Below, piece by piece: positions 1 through 11,532 of a stretch of DNA of 64,000 nucleotides (positions within the stretch are counted from its first letter, which is position 1; each line of letters begins with the position of its first letter). Below the pieces are notes generated by a model that searched no databases, was not told the DNA's origin, and worked only from the letters and a program-made list of their open reading frames with translations. Source of the stretch: Promethearchaeota archaeon (lineage in GTDB: Archaea > Asgardarchaeota > Lokiarchaeia > Sigyniarchaeales > SOKP01); NCBI GenBank assembly GCA_016926735.1, contig JAFGOA010000223.1:1-64000 (forward strand), read 5' to 3'. A program made the translations under genes and the position numbers.

Positions 1-83
1 AAGATAAATGTCCAACATTGTCTTATTTTATAATATGCGTATAAACACTTCTTAATCCTTTTTTTTATTTTCGAATTTTATTT

Positions 84-518
84 CTAAAAATCTACTGGGG
101 GTAATTTTACAAATTTAAACCAAAAATCAGCGATTCCCTTGATAATTTTAATAAAATCATCCATATCAACAGGTTTTTTTATGAAACAATTTGCATATGC
201 TTCATAAGATTTTATAATATCCACTTCTGAAGCAGAAATGGTAAGGATTATTACAGGTATTCTTTTAAAATTTTGATCTTTTTTTATATCTCTTAGTACT
301 TCAAATCCATTTTTCTTAGGGAGATTCAGATCTAATATTATAAAATTAGGTGTAGGAACCATAATATATTTCTCTTTTTTATTTAAAAAAAGCATAGCTT
401 CAATACCATTTTCTACAAAATATAATTTATGCTCTATTTGGATTTCATAAAATGCCTCATTGATCAGACAAATATCTCCGGGATTATCTTCTATAATTAA
501 AATATTTAAAATAGTCAT
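84..518 (-). CDS. Single-domain response regulator (CheY-like, Rcp1 type)
   Basis: IIEDNPGD, ILDLNLPKKNGFEVL, FIKKP receiver motifs; downstream of a histidine kinase. Confidence 0.9.
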   Translation of the reverse strand: MTILNILIIEDNPGDICLINEAFYEIQIEHKLYFVENGIEAMLFLNKKEKYIMVPTPNFIILDLNLPKKNGFEVLRDIKKDQNFKRIPVIILTISASEVDIIKSYEAYANCFIKKPVDMDDFIKIIKGIADFWFKFVKLPPVDF

Positions 519-553
519 ATTAAAAATTCTTCAAGATTTCTCAGTTATGTAAT

Positions 554-985
554 TTAATTGATATCTTTAAATTTATTTGAAAGAAATAAAAACTGGAAAA
601 TGGATTGAACTCCAATTATAAATTGGTCTATACTATCTGGTTTTTTAAGAAAACAAACAACATCATTTTTATATTGTACTAAGTCTTCTTCTTTTGGATT
701 TGTAATTGTTAGAATTACAATAGGAATATTTTTTAATATTTTATTTTTCTTAATTTCATCTAATACTTCATAACCATTTTTTTTAGGAAGATTTATATCT
801 AAGAGGATAAGGTTAGGGGTAATAATATTCTTAAATTTACCTTCTTTCTTCAAAAATAATAATGCTGATTCACCATCTTCGACTATATTTAATTTATTCT
901 CAATATTAGATTCTTTAAATGCTTCTTTAAATAGCTGAATATCACCGGGATTATCCTCTACTAATAAAATTTCAATTGTTTTCAT
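554..985 (-). CDS. Single-domain response regulator (CheY-like, Rcp1 type)
   Basis: LVEDNPGD, LLDINLPKKNG, FLKKP motifs; paralogue of 84..518. Confidence 0.9.
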   Translation of the reverse strand: MKTIEILLVEDNPGDIQLFKEAFKESNIENKLNIVEDGESALLFLKKEGKFKNIITPNLILLDINLPKKNGYEVLDEIKKNKILKNIPIVILTITNPKEEDLVQYKNDVVCFLKKPDSIDQFIIGVQSIFQFLFLSNKFKDIN

Positions 986-1057
986 ATTAATTCTTTTTTT
1001 TTTAATTATATTGTAATCAGATCTATTATATGTCCAAAATTTTATATCTTTATTCCT

Positions 1058-2569
1058 TCATAAATTTTGTTTTTTTTCAGTTTTAGGTATTGAAAAATGA
1101 AAAATAGAACCTTTTCCTATATTGGATTCTATCCAAATTTCTCCTCCATGTCTTTTAATAATTTTTTTACATATAGAAAGCCCTATACCCGTTCCAGGAT
1201 AATCCTTCCTACTATGCAATCTCTTAAATATTTTAAAAATACTATCATGATATTTCTGGTCAATTCCAATACCATTATCCCGAATAGAAAAAATCCAGAA
1301 ATTATTTTCTGACTCAACAGAAATTTTTATTAAAGGATTTTCTTTATCATTAAATTTTATTCCATTTGATATTAAATTTTGAAATACTTGAGAAATCTGT
1401 GCTTTATCTCCTATTATTTTTGGAAGTTGATCATACATAAATAAAACATTAGATTCTTCGATAGAATATTTCAAATCTTTTAACACCTCTTGTAATATAG
1501 TATTCATGTCGAGTTCTGTAAATGGTTGACCATGGGTCTTCACTTTTGAATATGATAATAGATCATTAATTAATTGTTGCATTCTTTTTGCCCCATCAAC
1601 TGCAAAATTTATAAATTCTTGACCTTGCTTATCTAATTTATCTTCATAACGTCTGGCTAATAATTGAGTAAAACTTGCAACCATCCTTAATGGTTCTTGT
1701 AAATCATGGGAAGCAACATAGGCAAAATGCTCTAAATCTGCATTAGAACGCTTTAATTCATTCATCATATCCTTTAAATCTTTTTCTGCTTGTTTTCTTT
1801 CAGTTTCATCTCTTGAGATTAGTAAAGCTTTCGCTTCATTGTTATAATCATAAAAAACTTTCCCTCTGATAACTAACCAACGCCATGATTTATCTTTATG
1901 GCGAAATCTAACCTCTACTTCAGCTTCACCTTTCTTAAAACCACCTTTTAATGCTTTCATTGCATTAAGAAAATCATCAGCATGAACAAAATTAAGCGCT
2001 TTTTTTCCTATAAGATCCTTTTCTGAATAACCAATTGTTTTTTTATGTACCTCCTCATTTATATATTCAAATTCAGAATTTTTATTAATAATCGCAATCA
2101 AATCATTAGCATTTTCCGTAATAAAGCGATATTTTTCTTCAGATTCCTTTAATTTTTGTTCAGCATCCTTTCTTTTTGAAATCTCTCGGAGAATAATAAC
2201 ATATCGTAGATCATCACTCAATTCTAATATACGTTTACCTTTTATATTAAACCAAATCCAATCTCCAGCTTTATTTTTAAGTCTTCCCTCTCTTTCAGCT
2301 TCTCCTTCTTCTATTAGATTTTTTATAAAATTATGAGTATCTTTTTTTTCATCAGGGTGGGAAATATCTACTGATAAAAAATTGATTAAATCATAATCAA
2401 TATACCCTAATGCTCTCAAATGTGCTTGTATATTTATATATTCTATTTTTAGATCATTATTTAGGATTTGAATAAGATCATTTGTATTTTGAAATATAAA
2501 TTGGAATTTTTCGTTTGATTCCTTTAATAGAAAATCCAAATAATTGTTATCTTTTGAGTAATCGGACAT
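1058..2569 (-). CDS. PAS-PAS sensor histidine kinase (Cph1-like HisKA/HATPase)
   Basis: Two PAS/PAC repeats, H-box YVASHDLQEPLR, N-box NLISNGIKF, DNGIG, GTGIGL. Confidence 0.92.
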   Translation of the reverse strand: MSDYSKDNNYLDFLLKESNEKFQFIFQNTNDLIQILNNDLKIEYINIQAHLRALGYIDYDLINFLSVDISHPDEKKDTHNFIKNLIEEGEAEREGRLKNKAGDWIWFNIKGKRILELSDDLRYVIILREISKRKDAEQKLKESEEKYRFITENANDLIAIINKNSEFEYINEEVHKKTIGYSEKDLIGKKALNFVHADDFLNAMKALKGGFKKGEAEVEVRFRHKDKSWRWLVIRGKVFYDYNNEAKALLISRDETERKQAEKDLKDMMNELKRSNADLEHFAYVASHDLQEPLRMVASFTQLLARRYEDKLDKQGQEFINFAVDGAKRMQQLINDLLSYSKVKTHGQPFTELDMNTILQEVLKDLKYSIEESNVLFMYDQLPKIIGDKAQISQVFQNLISNGIKFNDKENPLIKISVESENNFWIFSIRDNGIGIDQKYHDSIFKIFKRLHSRKDYPGTGIGLSICKKIIKRHGGEIWIESNIGKGSIFHFSIPKTEKKQNL

Positions 2570-2896
2570 TTTAAAATATTACATCTATTTAGGTTATTAG
2601 TTCTTTACTGAAACAGATAAATCTAATAAAATAAGGAACTATTTACATTATATATCTTTATTATTAAGAACTAGGTTGTTTATTTATACTTTTTTTTTAA
2701 GAAAAATAAATAAATAAATAATCAAAAATTGTTTCAGAATCCCTTGAATTATTATATGTCAACTCGATTTTTTTTTACAAATTGTATTTTTTTTCTGAAT
2801 CAAATATAATTTATTAGATAATTGAATGCAGATAAAAATGATTTTTTAAATCTGATAATTCTAATAAAAAAACCAAGCAAAAAGGATCATAACTTT

Positions 2897-5077
2897 TTAT
2901 AAAAATATCTCTAATACTAAGTCATCAATTTTTTTGCTTAATTCTTCTGGAACGTTTAAATTTTTTTCAAAATTGATAGTTATACTATTAAAATTATCAG
3001 TAGTCTTATTTAGTTCATTAATAAATCTATTTAGCTTTAAAATTGCAAGATATGAATTTCCTTTATAGACATACGCAAATAAAAATTCCTTTCTTTTTTG
3101 AAGAATAGTTAAAAAATCTCCATGTTTAATTCTATTAATTGTTCCTGAAGAAGAAAAAGCTTCTTTTCCAAAAATATTAATTGCAGAGATGTATCCAGCA
3201 ATGAGACTACCATCATCAAATTTTATTTCTCCAAATGTTTTACTATAAATATATTCTTCATTGATATTATTTATAATAATTAGATAAATTGGAATATCAT
3301 TTTTATATTCATAATTATTGTGTATTGTATCCTTAGAAAATATAAAATCATCTTTTGTGTTTTGAATTATCTCTGATAGAGAATTTGACTCATTGATTCT
3401 CTTTTCCCATTCATCTAAATTCATTAATAAAAAATCATGTTCATTAGATATTTTCTTTGCTAATCTTTTAAGTCCATGATCAATAGCGATATTTTGTGCC
3501 TTTGTTAATAATAATCGAGCATTATCCGTATCAAGATTTAGTAATGACATTTTAGCTTTGAAAAAATATGTCTCCGCTAAGAGACCGAATAATGAGTTAC
3601 TTTCTCCCATTTTTACCATTTTTTCAGAAAGAGAATCTATTTCATTAAATATTTCTCTATCTCCCGATAATTCAAGCTCATTAAGCAAAATTTCACATAA
3701 ATGTTTCATAGCTTCAATTCTAATTTCATTATCTGATATTTGTTCATTTATTAATGATTTTAGAATTTCTCCTGCCATTATTTTATCCATTAACCGATTA
3801 CTTGATTTTAAAATAATTGCTTTATCAAGTCTATATATAAGATCAAATTGTTTAACATCTGGATACTCTTCTTTTAATTGATATAGTTTATCTAAATAAT
3901 TATTTATATTTGTAAAATCATTTGAGTTTATTAAAACTAATATTAAATTATGAAGGGTATATGTAATTGAAATTTTAAAATTTAAAAAAAGAAAAAGTGG
4001 AATATCTCTCTCTTCTAATAATTCTAATGCATTTAATAAGTATTTCTTTGCTTTTTTGAAATTATTTAATTCCCCATAAACTTTTCCAATTGAACTCATA
4101 TACAATGGTTTTGCCATTTCTCCAACTTCAACATCTAATTTTTCCAAAATTTTTTTATAATATCTCAAACTTTTACGAAGATCTCCTTTTTGATAATATA
4201 TTTCTCCTAAGTTAAAAAATGCCGCAGGCATTAGATGATTATATCCTTCTCGTTTTCTAATAATAAAACATTTTTTAAAATAATCTAATGCATTTTTTAA
4301 TTCTCCCTTTAATAAATAACAATGTCCAAGAATATCATAACATTGTTGAATTGGCATCATATATTTTTTTGGTTTACATATTGAAAGACACTCGTTTCCG
4401 ATTGAAATTGCTTTATCTAAATCTTTAAGTTGATATTTTACCCATCCAAAAAATATTAAATTCCAGATAATTCCTACTTCCGCATTTAATTCTTTTGCTA
4501 TAGCAAGACTCTTTTCTAAATGTTCATCTGCTTCTGCAAATTTTCCCATAAAGGTGATTGAAGTACTCCAATGTTGTAAACTCCATATCATGCCAAATTT
4601 ATCATTTATTTTTTCTCTTATTTCATAGCTTTTCTTAAAAAATTCTGTAGCCACAGATAATTGATGAGAATCTCGATATAATTTCCCTTTAAGAAATATT
4701 AAATATGCTTTTCTTTTTTTTAATTGTTCATCAGATTGTTCTTTAATTCTCTTTAAAATAATTTTGCCCTTATCATATAATTTAAAAGATTCTTTAACTA
4801 ATCCTAAACTTAAATTTAACTCGATCTTTGCTATTAATCCATCAATCTCTCTTAGTGCAGACTTATTAATTCTTGCTTGCTTTATTAATTGATTAGCAAT
4901 AGATATTCCTTCTTTATATTTTCCCTCATCAAGAAGGATATAGCATAAATTAAGTTTTTCAAATAAAAATTCTTCTGCAGTAAGATTTCTCTTTATTTTA
5001 ATTGAATTTAGTTCTTCTCTTACTTCCTTGTATTTTCCTGTTGAAAAATATTCTTCTAGTTTATATAAAATGTTCAT
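2897..5077 (-). CDS. TPR-repeat protein with C-terminal longin-like domain (paralogue 1 of 6)
   Basis: Repeated LG..Y...G....A..Y TPR pattern; C-terminal block LIAGYISAINIFGKEAFSSSGTINRIKHG shared with five paralogues; the longin fold is inferred. Confidence 0.8.
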   Translation of the reverse strand: MNILYKLEEYFSTGKYKEVREELNSIKIKRNLTAEEFLFEKLNLCYILLDEGKYKEGISIANQLIKQARINKSALREIDGLIAKIELNLSLGLVKESFKLYDKGKIILKRIKEQSDEQLKKRKAYLIFLKGKLYRDSHQLSVATEFFKKSYEIREKINDKFGMIWSLQHWSTSITFMGKFAEADEHLEKSLAIAKELNAEVGIIWNLIFFGWVKYQLKDLDKAISIGNECLSICKPKKYMMPIQQCYDILGHCYLLKGELKNALDYFKKCFIIRKREGYNHLMPAAFFNLGEIYYQKGDLRKSLRYYKKILEKLDVEVGEMAKPLYMSSIGKVYGELNNFKKAKKYLLNALELLEERDIPLFLFLNFKISITYTLHNLILVLINSNDFTNINNYLDKLYQLKEEYPDVKQFDLIYRLDKAIILKSSNRLMDKIMAGEILKSLINEQISDNEIRIEAMKHLCEILLNELELSGDREIFNEIDSLSEKMVKMGESNSLFGLLAETYFFKAKMSLLNLDTDNARLLLTKAQNIAIDHGLKRLAKKISNEHDFLLMNLDEWEKRINESNSLSEIIQNTKDDFIFSKDTIHNNYEYKNDIPIYLIIINNINEEYIYSKTFGEIKFDDGSLIAGYISAINIFGKEAFSSSGTINRIKHGDFLTILQKRKEFLFAYVYKGNSYLAILKLNRFINELNKTTDNFNSITINFEKNLNVPEELSKKIDDLVLEIFL

Positions 5078-5347
5078 TATTTTTTTTTAATAAGAGAATT
5101 AATTAAATATAACTTAAAGGGGACTACAATAAAGTTGATATTCTTTACCACTATATTATAATCAAAGATTTTAAATAAAAAAGTTTTGTTCTGGATAGAA
5201 TAATTACTTTGATAGCACAACAATTATCTTTCAAAAAACAAAGAATCCATAATTTTCTCAATTGAGTCATTGGTGCTAGATTTTTCAAGATAATCTACTT
5301 CATAGAGGACATAATTATTAAATATTAAGTAAATCTAATTACTATTT

Positions 5348-5805
5348 ATGAAATTATTGAGTAATGATATTAAAAATAATGAATTAATGGATAAAAAATT
5401 CTCATATAGAGCTGAAAATATATCACCTCACTTGAAATGGGAAGATATTCCTGACAAAACCAAAAGTTTTACTATGATATGTAGTGATCCTGATGCTCCT
5501 GGAGGAAATTGGACGCATTGGACTATTATTAACATTCCTAAAAACGTTAATGAGTTTCCTCAAGGAAAAACTATTGCAGGTATGGAGTTAGAAAATGATT
5601 TTGGAAAAAAAGGATATGGAGGACCTTCAATTTTTGAGATATCCTCAAAATAGGGACCCCTCCCAGTGGAACTCATAGATATATTTTCAAAATCTATGCT
5701 CTTGATGTAGAGAGATTGGAAGGTGTAACCAAAAGAAACTTGGATGAAAAAATAAAAGAACATTCCATAGAGACTGCACAATTGATAGGATTATATAAAA
5801 GATAA
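5348..5805 (+). CDS. YbhB/YbcL (PEBP/Raf kinase inhibitor-like) protein, join(5348..5628,5658..5805), 142 aa after splicing
   Basis: SPHLKW, DPDAP, WTHW, NDFG..GYGGP in exon 1; PPSGTHRYIFKIYALD continues in another frame after a 29-nt insert; removing it gives GYGGPSPPSGTHRY and a stop at 5803-5805. Confidence 0.85.
5629..5657 (+). other. 29-nt BHB-like mRNA intron in the PEBP gene
   Basis: Outer helix GGAGG/CCTCC, central ACCT/AGGG (one A.G mismatch), bulges TCA and ACC, inner stem TTTTGAG/CTCAAAA; contains the in-frame TAG. Confidence 0.75.
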
Positions 5806-5887
5806 GTGCCAAATCTTTGATATAATATTTAATGTTTTAACAGTATTTACAATTAAAAAATAAAAGTAAAAAAATACATTTTTCAGT

Positions 5888-6481
5888 TTATAATTCCAAA
5901 AAATTTTTTAAAATTTCCATTCCATAAGGTTTCATTTTTATTGATTCTGGATGAAATTGAACACCCTCAACCGGATATTGTTTATGTCGGACTGCCATGA
6001 TGGTTCCATCATCAGCAGTTGCAGTTATTTTAAGTTCCTGTGGAAGTATATCCCCTTTTGCTGCCAATGAATGATATCTTATAACCTCTAATGGATTTGG
6101 AATATCTTTAAAAATAGATTCTTGATCATGGAATATTTTTGATTGTTTCCCATGCATTGGACCCACTTTAGCTCTTCCCACATACTCAATATTTTTGTCT
6201 TCTCCAAAAGCTTCAATTATCGCTTGATGACCTAAGCACACACCTAATATTGGAATTTTATTAAAAAATTCCTTAATAATAGGTATAACTTTACCTGTAT
6301 CGTATTTAGGATGTCCGGGTCCTGGTGAAATTATAATTTTATTAATAAAGCTATCTTTTATTTTTTCTGGAGCAAAATTATTATCCTCTACAATAATATT
6401 AGCTTTGGGAGCAAGTTGACAGATATAATTAACCAAATTATATACAAAACTATCATAATTATTAATAAACAAAATATTCAT
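5888..6481 (-). CDS. trpG: Anthranilate synthase component II (glutamine amidotransferase)
   Basis: NYDSFVYNL, ISPGPG, GVCLGHQ, RYHSL, GVQFHPES. Confidence 0.95.
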   Translation of the reverse strand: MNILFINNYDSFVYNLVNYICQLAPKANIIVEDNNFAPEKIKDSFINKIIISPGPGHPKYDTGKVIPIIKEFFNKIPILGVCLGHQAIIEAFGEDKNIEYVGRAKVGPMHGKQSKIFHDQESIFKDIPNPLEVIRYHSLAAKGDILPQELKITATADDGTIMAVRHKQYPVEGVQFHPESIKMKPYGMEILKNFLEL

Positions 6482-7974
6482 TTTTCATCTGCCTCTACTA
6501 TTTTAATAGATTTAATAACACTATACAATTTGTTATAAGTTTCCATGTATTCATTTTCAGGTTGACTATCAGCAACTATACCTCCTCCAGCTTGAGCAAA
6601 ATATAATCCATTCTTTCCAAATAATGTTCGAATTGTTATGGCAAAAGCCATATCACCATTAAAGCTAAAATATCCAGTACCTCCCCCATATGGTCCCCTT
6701 GCTTCTGTCTCTAAGTTATTGATTATTTTCATTGCTTCTAGTTTAGGTGCCCCTGATAATGTTCCAGCAGGAAAAACACTTTTTAAAATTTCATATCCAT
6801 CAAGAGGGGATTTACTTCGGACCTTACTGACTATATGTTGAACCTTCTGATATTTTTGAATTGTCATAAAATTATAGGTTTCTACAGTACCTGGATATGA
6901 AACTTTAGCTAAATCATTACGAGCCAAATCAACCAACATTATATGCTCTGCTTGTTCTTTTGGATCATCCAGTAATAATCTCTCCAATTTAAAATCTTCT
7001 TCTGGATTTTTACTTCTTTTTATTGTTCCTGCTATTGGCATTGTTGTTAGAATATCTTTATTTTTTGTTATAAGTGCTTCAGGACTACTTCCAATTATTT
7101 TAAAGTTATTAAAATTAATATTATACATATACTGTGAAGGATTGAGTTCTCTCATAATTTCATAAATCTTCATAGGATCAACTTTAGTTTCTGTGTATAG
7201 CCTTCTGGAGATAACTGCTTGTACGATATCTCCTGCATAAATATGTTCTTTTGTTTTCTCTACCATTCGAGCATGAGCGCTCTTACTTGTATTGGATCTG
7301 AATGTACTTTCATCAATCTCATCAATGTCCAATGGGATCTCTTTTTGATTCTGCTGGATTGAATTTCTATTGAATAAACTTAATTGATATCTAATATCCC
7401 GATCTTTTGAATAGTCATTAATACTATTATCTATCATAAATAAGGCATTAGATTTATGAGAATATACAAGAACTTTTGTATAAAGACCCATTAAAATATC
7501 TGGAAAATCACTAGAAGATGTATATCCTACATATGGAGCAACTACATCATAACCGATATATCCAAGCATACCACCATAAAAGATATTTCTGGGAAATAAT
7601 TCTGTAAATGGTAAATTTGAATAAGGTGTAAGATGACTAAGAGTGTTCAATGCAATCATGTTATAATTTACATTATCTTTAAATGGCAAGGGATTATGTG
7701 GTCTTTCTTCAGCAGGATCCTTAGATTCTAAATATTCTTTAATATTTTCACCACGTGCCGATGTAATATCATAAATTTTAGATTTTCCTGCATTAATTTC
7801 AAGCATAAAATCAGGTTCTAAAGCAATAAAACTATAAAGCGTCTCGTTTTTATTTTCTGAGGAGGATTCTAAAAGAGCATGTTTTTTTAAATCATATTTA
7901 TCTACTAAATATTTATAAAAACCAAAAATATTATCTAATTCCCCAATTTTTTCAATATGTATATCAAATTCCAT
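6478..7974 (-). CDS. trpE: Anthranilate synthase component I
   Basis: LLES, GSSPE, PIAGT, EHIMLVDLARNDL, FPAGTLSGAPK, GGGIVADS. Confidence 0.95.
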   Translation of the reverse strand: MEFDIHIEKIGELDNIFGFYKYLVDKYDLKKHALLESSSENKNETLYSFIALEPDFMLEINAGKSKIYDITSARGENIKEYLESKDPAEERPHNPLPFKDNVNYNMIALNTLSHLTPYSNLPFTELFPRNIFYGGMLGYIGYDVVAPYVGYTSSSDFPDILMGLYTKVLVYSHKSNALFMIDNSINDYSKDRDIRYQLSLFNRNSIQQNQKEIPLDIDEIDESTFRSNTSKSAHARMVEKTKEHIYAGDIVQAVISRRLYTETKVDPMKIYEIMRELNPSQYMYNINFNNFKIIGSSPEALITKNKDILTTMPIAGTIKRSKNPEEDFKLERLLLDDPKEQAEHIMLVDLARNDLAKVSYPGTVETYNFMTIQKYQKVQHIVSKVRSKSPLDGYEILKSVFPAGTLSGAPKLEAMKIINNLETEARGPYGGGTGYFSFNGDMAFAITIRTLFGKNGLYFAQAGGGIVADSQPENEYMETYNKLYSVIKSIKIVEADEK

Positions 7975-7976
7975 AT

Positions 7977-8813
7977 TTACATCCTCTCTTTTATTGAGTT
8001 TCTGATTTTTAAATGAAAATCTACTAATTTATCTTTCATACTTGGAAAATTGTTTAGATTATTTTTAATTATGTCTACAATTGCAGAGCCAATTATTATC
8101 CCATCAGCTCCTGCATCTATAATTATTTTTACGTGCTCTGGTTTAGATATACCAAAACCGACAAAAACTGGAAGATCTTTATTCGTTTTTTTCTTTATTC
8201 GTGCAATATTATCTTTTGTTATTTGATCTACACTTTCTCTTGCTCCTGTTACTCCCATAACAGATATTAGATAGATAAATCCTCTTGCTTTTTTAATAAT
8301 TTTCTCAAGTCTTTCTTCGGTAGTAGAAGGAGCAACAAGAAATATAAGCGCTAAGTCATATTTTTCACATGCATTTAACACTAACTCTGCTTCTTCTATT
8401 GGAAGATCTGCAATAACCATTCCATCTATTCCACTATTTTTAAGATTTTCAAATGTTATATCTATTGATTGTTCTATTGTTTCAGAACCTTGAATAAGAA
8501 TATTATAATATGTAAGGATAATAAAAGGTTTTTCTGTGAATACTCTTAATTCCTTAATTGCCTCAAGAGCCTTTATAGTATTAATTCCCGCTTTGAATGC
8601 TCTTACATTTCCCTCTTGTATTGTAGGGCCATCTGCAATAGGATCGGAAAAAGGAATCCCTATTTCGATAATATCAGCATAAGGTTCAACAATTTTAACA
8701 ATTTCCTTGAAACTGTCCAGATTTGGATCTCCTGCTACAAAAAAAGGCATGAAGTATTTTTCTTCAGCTTTTCTGCTATTTAATAATTTAAATAATCTAT
8801 TTTGATAAGTCAT
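7977..8813 (-). CDS. trpA: Tryptophan synthase alpha chain
   Basis: EIGIPFSDPIADGPTIQ, GVTGAR, VGFGIS, IIGSA. Confidence 0.95.
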   Translation of the reverse strand: MTYQNRLFKLLNSRKAEEKYFMPFFVAGDPNLDSFKEIVKIVEPYADIIEIGIPFSDPIADGPTIQEGNVRAFKAGINTIKALEAIKELRVFTEKPFIILTYYNILIQGSETIEQSIDITFENLKNSGIDGMVIADLPIEEAELVLNACEKYDLALIFLVAPSTTEERLEKIIKKARGFIYLISVMGVTGARESVDQITKDNIARIKKKTNKDLPVFVGFGISKPEHVKIIIDAGADGIIIGSAIVDIIKNNLNNFPSMKDKLVDFHLKIRNSIKERM

Positions 8814-8833
8814 TTCTTATATTACACCTCTTA

Positions 8834-10051
8834 TTAAAGAATTTCTTTAGGATTAATTTTAAATTTTATATAATCTGATACTATCGATAAATCCTTTGAA
8901 CCAGATCCGGAGAGATTAATAACAATTATATCATCCTTCTCAAATGTATCTTTATTTTTAATTAAATATGCGATTGCGTGTGAACTCTCTAATGCTGGAA
9001 TTATTCCCTCTAGCTCTGATAATTTCTTAAAAGCATTTAATGTTTCATTATCTGTTGCATCTCCTACAATTAATCGATTAATTTTACTTAAATAACAATG
9101 TTCTGGACCTACTCCTGGATAGTCCAATCCTGCACTTATTGAATGGGTCTCTAATATATTTCCATATTCATTTTGTAAAAGATATTGCATTGCGCCATGT
9201 AAAACACCCCGTCGTCCTAAACCTAAAGCAATTGAATGTTTATTTGTATTTTTACCTTCACCGCCAGCTTCTACTCCTATTAATTTAACATTATCTTCAT
9301 TAATAAAATCATAAAATGCTCCTATGGCATTACTTCCGCCACCTATACATGCAATAATGGCATTTGGGAGTTTATTTTCCAATTCTAAAATTTGTTGCTT
9401 TATTTCTTTTCCTATGACTCTTTGGAATTCTCTAACTAACATAGGATATGGATGAGGTCCTACAACACTACCCATTAGATAATGCGTATCATGTACATTT
9501 GCAATCCAATACCTTAATCCTTCATTAATAGCATCTTTCAGGGTTTTTGATCCAGATTTTACAGGAATAACTTCTGCTCCCAAAAGCTGCATTCTATAAA
9601 CATTATATGATTGTCTTACAATATCTACTTCTCCCATAAAGACCTTGGTCTCCATTCCAAAATATGCTCCTGCAATAGCTGTTGCAAATCCATGCTGTCC
9701 TGCTCCTGTTTCAGCAATTAACTTTTTTTTTCCCATTTTTTTTGCCAATAATGCTTGTCCTATGACATTATTAATTTTATGAGCTCCTCCATGATTGAGA
9801 TCCTCTCTTTTTAAATAGACTTTACATCCAATATATTCACTTAATCTAGATGCAAAATATAATGGTGTAGGTCTTCCGCTATAATATTTAAGAATATTAT
9901 AGAATTCGTTTTGAAATTCAGGATCATTAATATATTTCTCATAGGCTTCATTTAGTTCATTTAAAGCAGGCATAAGAATTTCAGGTGCAAAAATACCCCC
10001 AAAATCCCCAAATCTTCCTAATTTATTCGGATATTTTCCAATATAATCCAT
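8834..10051 (-). CDS. trpB: Tryptophan synthase beta chain (TrpB1 type)
   Basis: [53 protein letters not shown]. Confidence 0.97.
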   Translation of the reverse strand: MDYIGKYPNKLGRFGDFGGIFAPEILMPALNELNEAYEKYINDPEFQNEFYNILKYYSGRPTPLYFASRLSEYIGCKVYLKREDLNHGGAHKINNVIGQALLAKKMGKKKLIAETGAGQHGFATAIAGAYFGMETKVFMGEVDIVRQSYNVYRMQLLGAEVIPVKSGSKTLKDAINEGLRYWIANVHDTHYLMGSVVGPHPYPMLVREFQRVIGKEIKQQILELENKLPNAIIACIGGGSNAIGAFYDFINEDNVKLIGVEAGGEGKNTNKHSIALGLGRRGVLHGAMQYLLQNEYGNILETHSISAGLDYPGVGPEHCYLSKINRLIVGDATDNETLNAFKKLSELEGIIPALESSHAIAYLIKNKDTFEKDDIIVINLSGSGSKDLSIVSDYIKFKINPKEIL

Positions 10052-10064
10052 ATTTATCTCAATT

Positions 10065-10712
10065 TTAATTAGAATTTTTGATTAAATTTATTTTATGTAA
10101 AAAATCTTTTATTTTATTTTGATCTTTAACTCCTTTTTCTGATTCTAAAGAGCTACTCAAATCTATACCATAAGGATTTATATCCATTATGATCTTTTCT
10201 ATATTATCTATATTTACTCCTCCTGCGAGAATAATCCTTTTATTATTTGTATTTTCAATCACTTCTTTTATTATCGAAAAATTACATTGATTTCCATGAC
10301 CCTCACTATTATCTAAAAGATATGCAAAAAAATGTAGATGATTATTATTGATTTTGGAGATTATTGAATTTTTATTTAAATAATCTACTCTCAAAGCTAT
10401 AATTAGTTTCTTTTTTAATTCAATTGGTAGATTATTGAGTTTATTAATTTCTAAATTTGAATGTACTTGAATAAAATTTGAATTGAATTGATCATTATAT
10501 TTTTTTATTTCCTCTAAATTATTCGTTTTAATAACTAAAACCGTAATTATTTGTTTATTTATCATATTTAAAAGTGATAATAATTGTTTTTTTTCTAGAT
10601 TTCTAGGGGATTGTGGAACATTATATATAAACCCAATTGCATCAGCTCCGTAATCAATACATAGTCTAGCATCGCTATAATTCTTAATTCCACATATTTT
10701 TACGTATTCCAT
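10065..10712 (-). CDS. trpF: Phosphoribosylanthranilate isomerase
   Basis: [36 protein letters not shown]. Confidence 0.93.
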   Translation of the reverse strand: MEYVKICGIKNYSDARLCIDYGADAIGFIYNVPQSPRNLEKKQLLSLLNMINKQIITVLVIKTNNLEEIKKYNDQFNSNFIQVHSNLEINKLNNLPIELKKKLIIALRVDYLNKNSIISKINNNHLHFFAYLLDNSEGHGNQCNFSIIKEVIENTNNKRIILAGGVNIDNIEKIIMDINPYGIDLSSSLESEKGVKDQNKIKDFLHKINLIKNSN

Positions 10713-11515
10713 TAAATTTCACCCTTTAGTTGTAATATTTTTTTTATAATATCAGTTGATTGCATAATTGATGAGCCTATTAGAAAAGCATTTGCTCCAT
10801 AAGATAAAAGATGATTAATATCATTATGCGAATTAATTCCACTTTCGCTTATAATTTGAATATTTTCTCCAAATTCATTTCTTAAAATAGGAATTATTTC
10901 TTTAGATGTATTTAAATTAATTTCTAATGTATTTAGATTTCGATTATTTACTCCAATTAGTTTCGGAGAAAAACCTATATTAAATAAATATTTTAGATCT
11001 TCTATCTCTTTTCTATCATGTATTTCTATCAGAGGTTCTAGGTTGTATTTAATTGCTAACTCATAATATTCAGCTAAAATTTGATTTTCAATTGCATTGA
11101 TTAATAGAATATTAGTAGCTCCTAATTGATTAGCTATATAAAATTGAACAGGATCAACCACGAAATCTTTCATTAAACATGGTATATTAGTATTTTGTAC
11201 TGCAATTTTTAAATTTTCATAAGAACCACTAAAAAAATATGGTTCAGTCAATATACTTAGTCCAACAACATCTGAATTTTCCATTAATTTGACAGTTTCT
11301 TTTACATTGATATTCTTTTTAATATCTCCCAAGGTAGGTGAAGCTGGTTTTATTTCAGAAATAATCGAGATTCCTTTTTTTTTTTTAATTGCTTCGCTTA
11401 ATGGTATTTTATTTGGATTTCTAATTTCCTGATTAAAATTATTACTATACTCTTTATCAATTGATATTGATTCTTTTCTTCTGTATACTATTTCTCTAAT
11501 TTTATCAGCTACCAT
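10712..11515 (-). CDS. trpC: Indole-3-glycerol phosphate synthase
   Basis: ISEIKPASP, SILTEP, LMKDF, IGVNNRNL, ISESGI, FLIGSSIM. Confidence 0.95.
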   Translation of the reverse strand: MVADKIREIVYRRKESISIDKEYSNNFNQEIRNPNKIPLSEAIKKKKGISIISEIKPASPTLGDIKKNINVKETVKLMENSDVVGLSILTEPYFFSGSYENLKIAVQNTNIPCLMKDFVVDPVQFYIANQLGATNILLINAIENQILAEYYELAIKYNLEPLIEIHDRKEIEDLKYLFNIGFSPKLIGVNNRNLNTLEINLNTSKEIIPILRNEFGENIQIISESGINSHNDINHLLSYGANAFLIGSSIMQSTDIIKKILQLKGEI

Positions 11516-11532
11516 TATACCATTCTCTTTTT

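Noticed and set aside
5629-5657. Simple frameshift, sequencing error or pseudogene explanation for the split PEBP and aldolase genes
   Set aside because: The interruptions are 29-32 nt structured inserts whose BHB geometry predicts the frame-restoring junctions, and the exons show no other lesions. It is disfavoured, but not excluded without RNA data.
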